The notes below the pieces were generated by a model, which worked only from the letters and a program-made list of their open reading frames with translations, made no database searches and was not told where the DNA came from. Below are positions 61,061 to 64,000 of a stretch of 64,000 nucleotides of DNA, piece by piece. A program made the translations under genes and the position numbers. How positions within the stretch are numbered: position 1 is the first letter of the stretch; each line of letters opens with the position of its first letter. The stretch is from positions 1,798,001-1,862,000 of the forward strand of contig NC_043024.1 in assembly GCF_006345805.1 (NCBI RefSeq), read 5' to 3'. Source of the DNA: Octopus sinensis. Its lineage: Eukaryota.

Positions 61061-63136
61061 CTTGATCGGTCACTTGGGGAGTTACGGTAAGCAACACTGA
61101 AACAAGAGACAAAAAAAAAATGGTGAGGATGGTAACAAGAAAGGACCTACAAGTGTTGGGACTCCCAAAGGGTGCTTTATACCACCAGAGGGACCGGTCT
61201 TAAAACTTATGCTGAGGAGCAAGGGGTCTTTTCCTGAGAAAATCAAGGCGCCGGACTCCCTAAGTGCGCTTTAGTGTGGCAACGCCACGAGTGCTTTACA
61301 TCACCAGAGGGACCGGTTTGTAACACCTCTGCTGTGGAGCAAGGGGTCTTTTCCTGAGAGCATCAAGGCACCAGGCATCTCGGCCATTTACCATCACACC
61401 TGAAAGGTTCAGCGCCTTGAGGTCCCTCTTCAGTACCTGATCTCACACCTTCCACATCCAGGTGTTCCGGCTACACTCATATACACATGTACGTGCATAC
61501 AGATAAGAGCAGAGTAAACACCTGTAAACATGATACGATAAAGTATTTCCTGTGGACCCATAGTGGTCGAGGATCTACACGTGTAACCTTTACCAACGGG
61601 GCTCCTGACAACCATAGCATGGTGACACGTGGCTACCCTTACTCTCACAGCACTTGATTTGGAGCTTCATAACTGCTAATTGCAATCAGTTTGGGAAGTC
61701 AACTCACAACCACACAGAAACCAGATTGGATTATGGAAATATACATTAAGCTCTAAACAGTGGCCGCCATATCAGGACACAGAAGATAACTCTCACACCA
61801 TCCGAACGTGGCCGATGCCAGTACCGTCATTACTGGCTTCTGTGCCGGTGGCACATAAAAAGCACCATCCGAATGTGGCCGATGTCAGACTCGTGTGGCA
61901 CATAAAAAGCACCCACTACACTCTCAGAGTGGTTGGCATTAGGAAGGGCTGCCAGCTGTAGAAACATTGCCAGATCAGACTGGAACCAGGTGCAGCCTCC
62001 TGGCTTCCCAGACCCCGGTCGAACCGTCCAACCCATGCCAGCATGGAAAACGGACGTTAAACGATGACGATACTCTGATCATATGGTCCTGGATTCAATA
62101 CCTGGTGGTGTGTTGTCTTTGAGCAACACTTTATTTCACGATGCCCCAGTCCACTCAGCTGGCAAAATTATGAGTTGTACCTGTATTTCAAAGGTACCAG
62201 TCGTGTCACATTCTGTACCACCCTGAATCTCGTTAAGAGTATAGATTGCTTAACCCTAGACCAGCACTAACACAACGAATTCTTGCCAGACGCACAAGAA
62301 ATTTCAAAACTAAAATCATGCAATAATTACTGAGGGAAATTCTGCTTAAAGCACCCCTATAACTCCCCAACCTTTTTGGAATCTTGAGAAAAAGTTTCGG
62401 AGTTTGCCTTTCTACAAGACAGGAATTCATACGATTACTCAAAAAAAAAAAAAGCTTTTTGTTCTTGATTTACGGCCCCTTTGGCTGTTATTTTTAGCAC
62501 ATCTCACGATCACCTCATACCCCCCCCCCCCAACACATGCTGCCAAAAACTCGAACCGTCCGTAATTAAAACCGTGATTTAAAAAGAAAACAAATTCGAA
62601 AAGATAAAAATAATTTCACAGTCGTGTCAATTTCCGTGTGGAGAATACAAAATCCAACAAATTTTCTGAGAATTCCCAAAACTAAAAAAAATTATGAGGA
62701 ATTATATGTCTCTGCGCAGGGCAAAATTCCTCCAACAATTCTCAATTCTTTCAACATCTCTGCAAAATTTACCTGAAATGGCCACAAAAATAGGGAATGC
62801 GACAATAATATAAAAAATTCAGTTTTTTTGCACCCCCATGAATAATAAATAACTTGATAGATATTCCAAAACTCAGTTTAAGTTTTACCATCACATTTAA
62901 TGCGAAAAATTAAATTCTGAAACTTATGGAAAATAAATTTTGGCATTGAAGCTAAACACCATTTATAATTAGGGTTTAATTTTCATCTTCAACCCTAATT
63001 AACAATATTTCTATCAAAGATTTTACACACTTTTCTTGCAGATTAATTATTAATAGAGAAGCAGAGATCAGTTGTAATTATTTAATTATGAAATTAAAAT
63101 AACGATCAGATTTTTTTTTCCACACATTAACTTATG

Positions 63137-63319
63137 GGTACTACTTAAGAAAAGTGGTCCCGGTGCACGCATCCGCGCTAGCTAGACGTGACTAGTCGAT
63201 CCCACTACATAGCAAAATAGATAAAACACAAAAAACACAAAGTAAGGATCGACTAGTCACGACTAGCTAGCGCGAGTATGCGAGTGCGCGCACCGGGTCC
63301 ACTCCTCTTAAATAGTACC
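63137..63319. mobile_element. Long-TIR MITE-like fold-back (183 bp) with 8-bp near-TSD
   Basis: Arms 63137-63202 / 63246-63319; flanks AACTTATG and AACTTGTG. Confidence 0.7.
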
Positions 63320-64000
63320 AACTTGTGGTGTTGGATTCGATTAACTAAAATAGAGAAATCTCTACCGCAGCCGGCTTCTCAGCCCCCAAAAATCCTAGAT
63401 GGACCTTCGGAGACCATATGGGACCTATTGAGAACAACTGTCCTAAAGGGTATTCGTAGATTTCATTAAAGAATCTTCCTTTGATAGCTATTCAGAGGTG
63501 GGGGTCACTTCTGTAATTAGGGCTTAACCGGCGATCGCTACTCAACTTCGCGAATGTTTCCGCATAACTTCTTGAAAAATGGATATCTTCAAATGAAATA
63601 TTCTACAAATACGCTACAGACGGTATAGATTCTGATTAAACCGGAATTTATAATGTTAAAAGGGGGAGACGAGAGTTTTTGGTAAGTTCTCTTGTGTTGG
63701 TTGGGTTTTCTGTCATAAAATTTCCAACATATTCCTTTCAGATGCTGTAGATTACCATTATGTCGGTATTTAATATATAAAAAACAGAAAATTTGCTGAA
63801 AATCCGACCCAAACCCTTGACCCACGTCCCACAAATACGACACGTGGTGCCGACACCATTCACATCGAAGTCGATATATTTACACCCAAAAATCAATCAT
63901 TATTGGTACGAATATTGAGAATTAAGACATGAAGGGTCGATATTAATATAAAATTGAGAGAAATAATTGAGTTTGGAGATGAGTAAATTGCAAAAAGGTG

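Noticed and set aside
54766-64000. Intronic snoRNAs (vertebrate RPSA hosts SNORA6/SNORA62)
   Set aside because: No convincing C/D or H/ACA candidate on the - strand by eye. The hairpins at 58685-58815 lack clear boxes, and a U17-like look at 61545-61630 is on the wrong strand. An Rfam cmsearch would settle it

Overview
Repeat-rich eukaryotic (metazoan) genomic DNA. The SINE families and microsatellite load look like a coleoid cephalopod, probably Octopus; this is inferred from remembered repeat sequences, not a search. Three spliced genes were reconstructed by hand from GT-AG boundaries and reading phase. (1) An ABHD4/ABHD5-family alpha/beta-hydrolase on +: 5 exons in 1601-9651, first exon upstream of the window or not recognised. 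(2) CPSF4/CPSF30 on +: 7 coding exons, 27928-52567, 264 aa, five CCCH fingers plus two CCHC knuckles. (3) RPSA/uS2 on -: 5 coding exons, 61060-54400, 330 aa, convergent with CPSF4. Divergent tRNA-Thr(AGT) and tRNA-Lys(CTT) genes lie upstream of a CpG-rich putative CPSF4 promoter. The rest is SINEs, MITEs, a non-autonomous Helitron, a near full-length mariner, a 5'-truncated CR1-clade LINE, RTE and R2/HERO-like fragments, and long micro/minisatellites, which explain nearly all other ORFs in the track. The most interesting signals are these: a recurring class of fold-back insertions (target duplication, inverted partial copy, spacer, forward copy), several carrying minimal type I hammerhead ribozyme motifs and mostly inside CPSF4 introns; a LINE/SINE pair sharing a covarying 3' stem-loop; and an ABHD4 3' splice site with no polypyrimidine tract at the end of a ~720-nt AG-free trinucleotide tract. 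Repeat boundaries are approximate. No database searches or folding programs were run.
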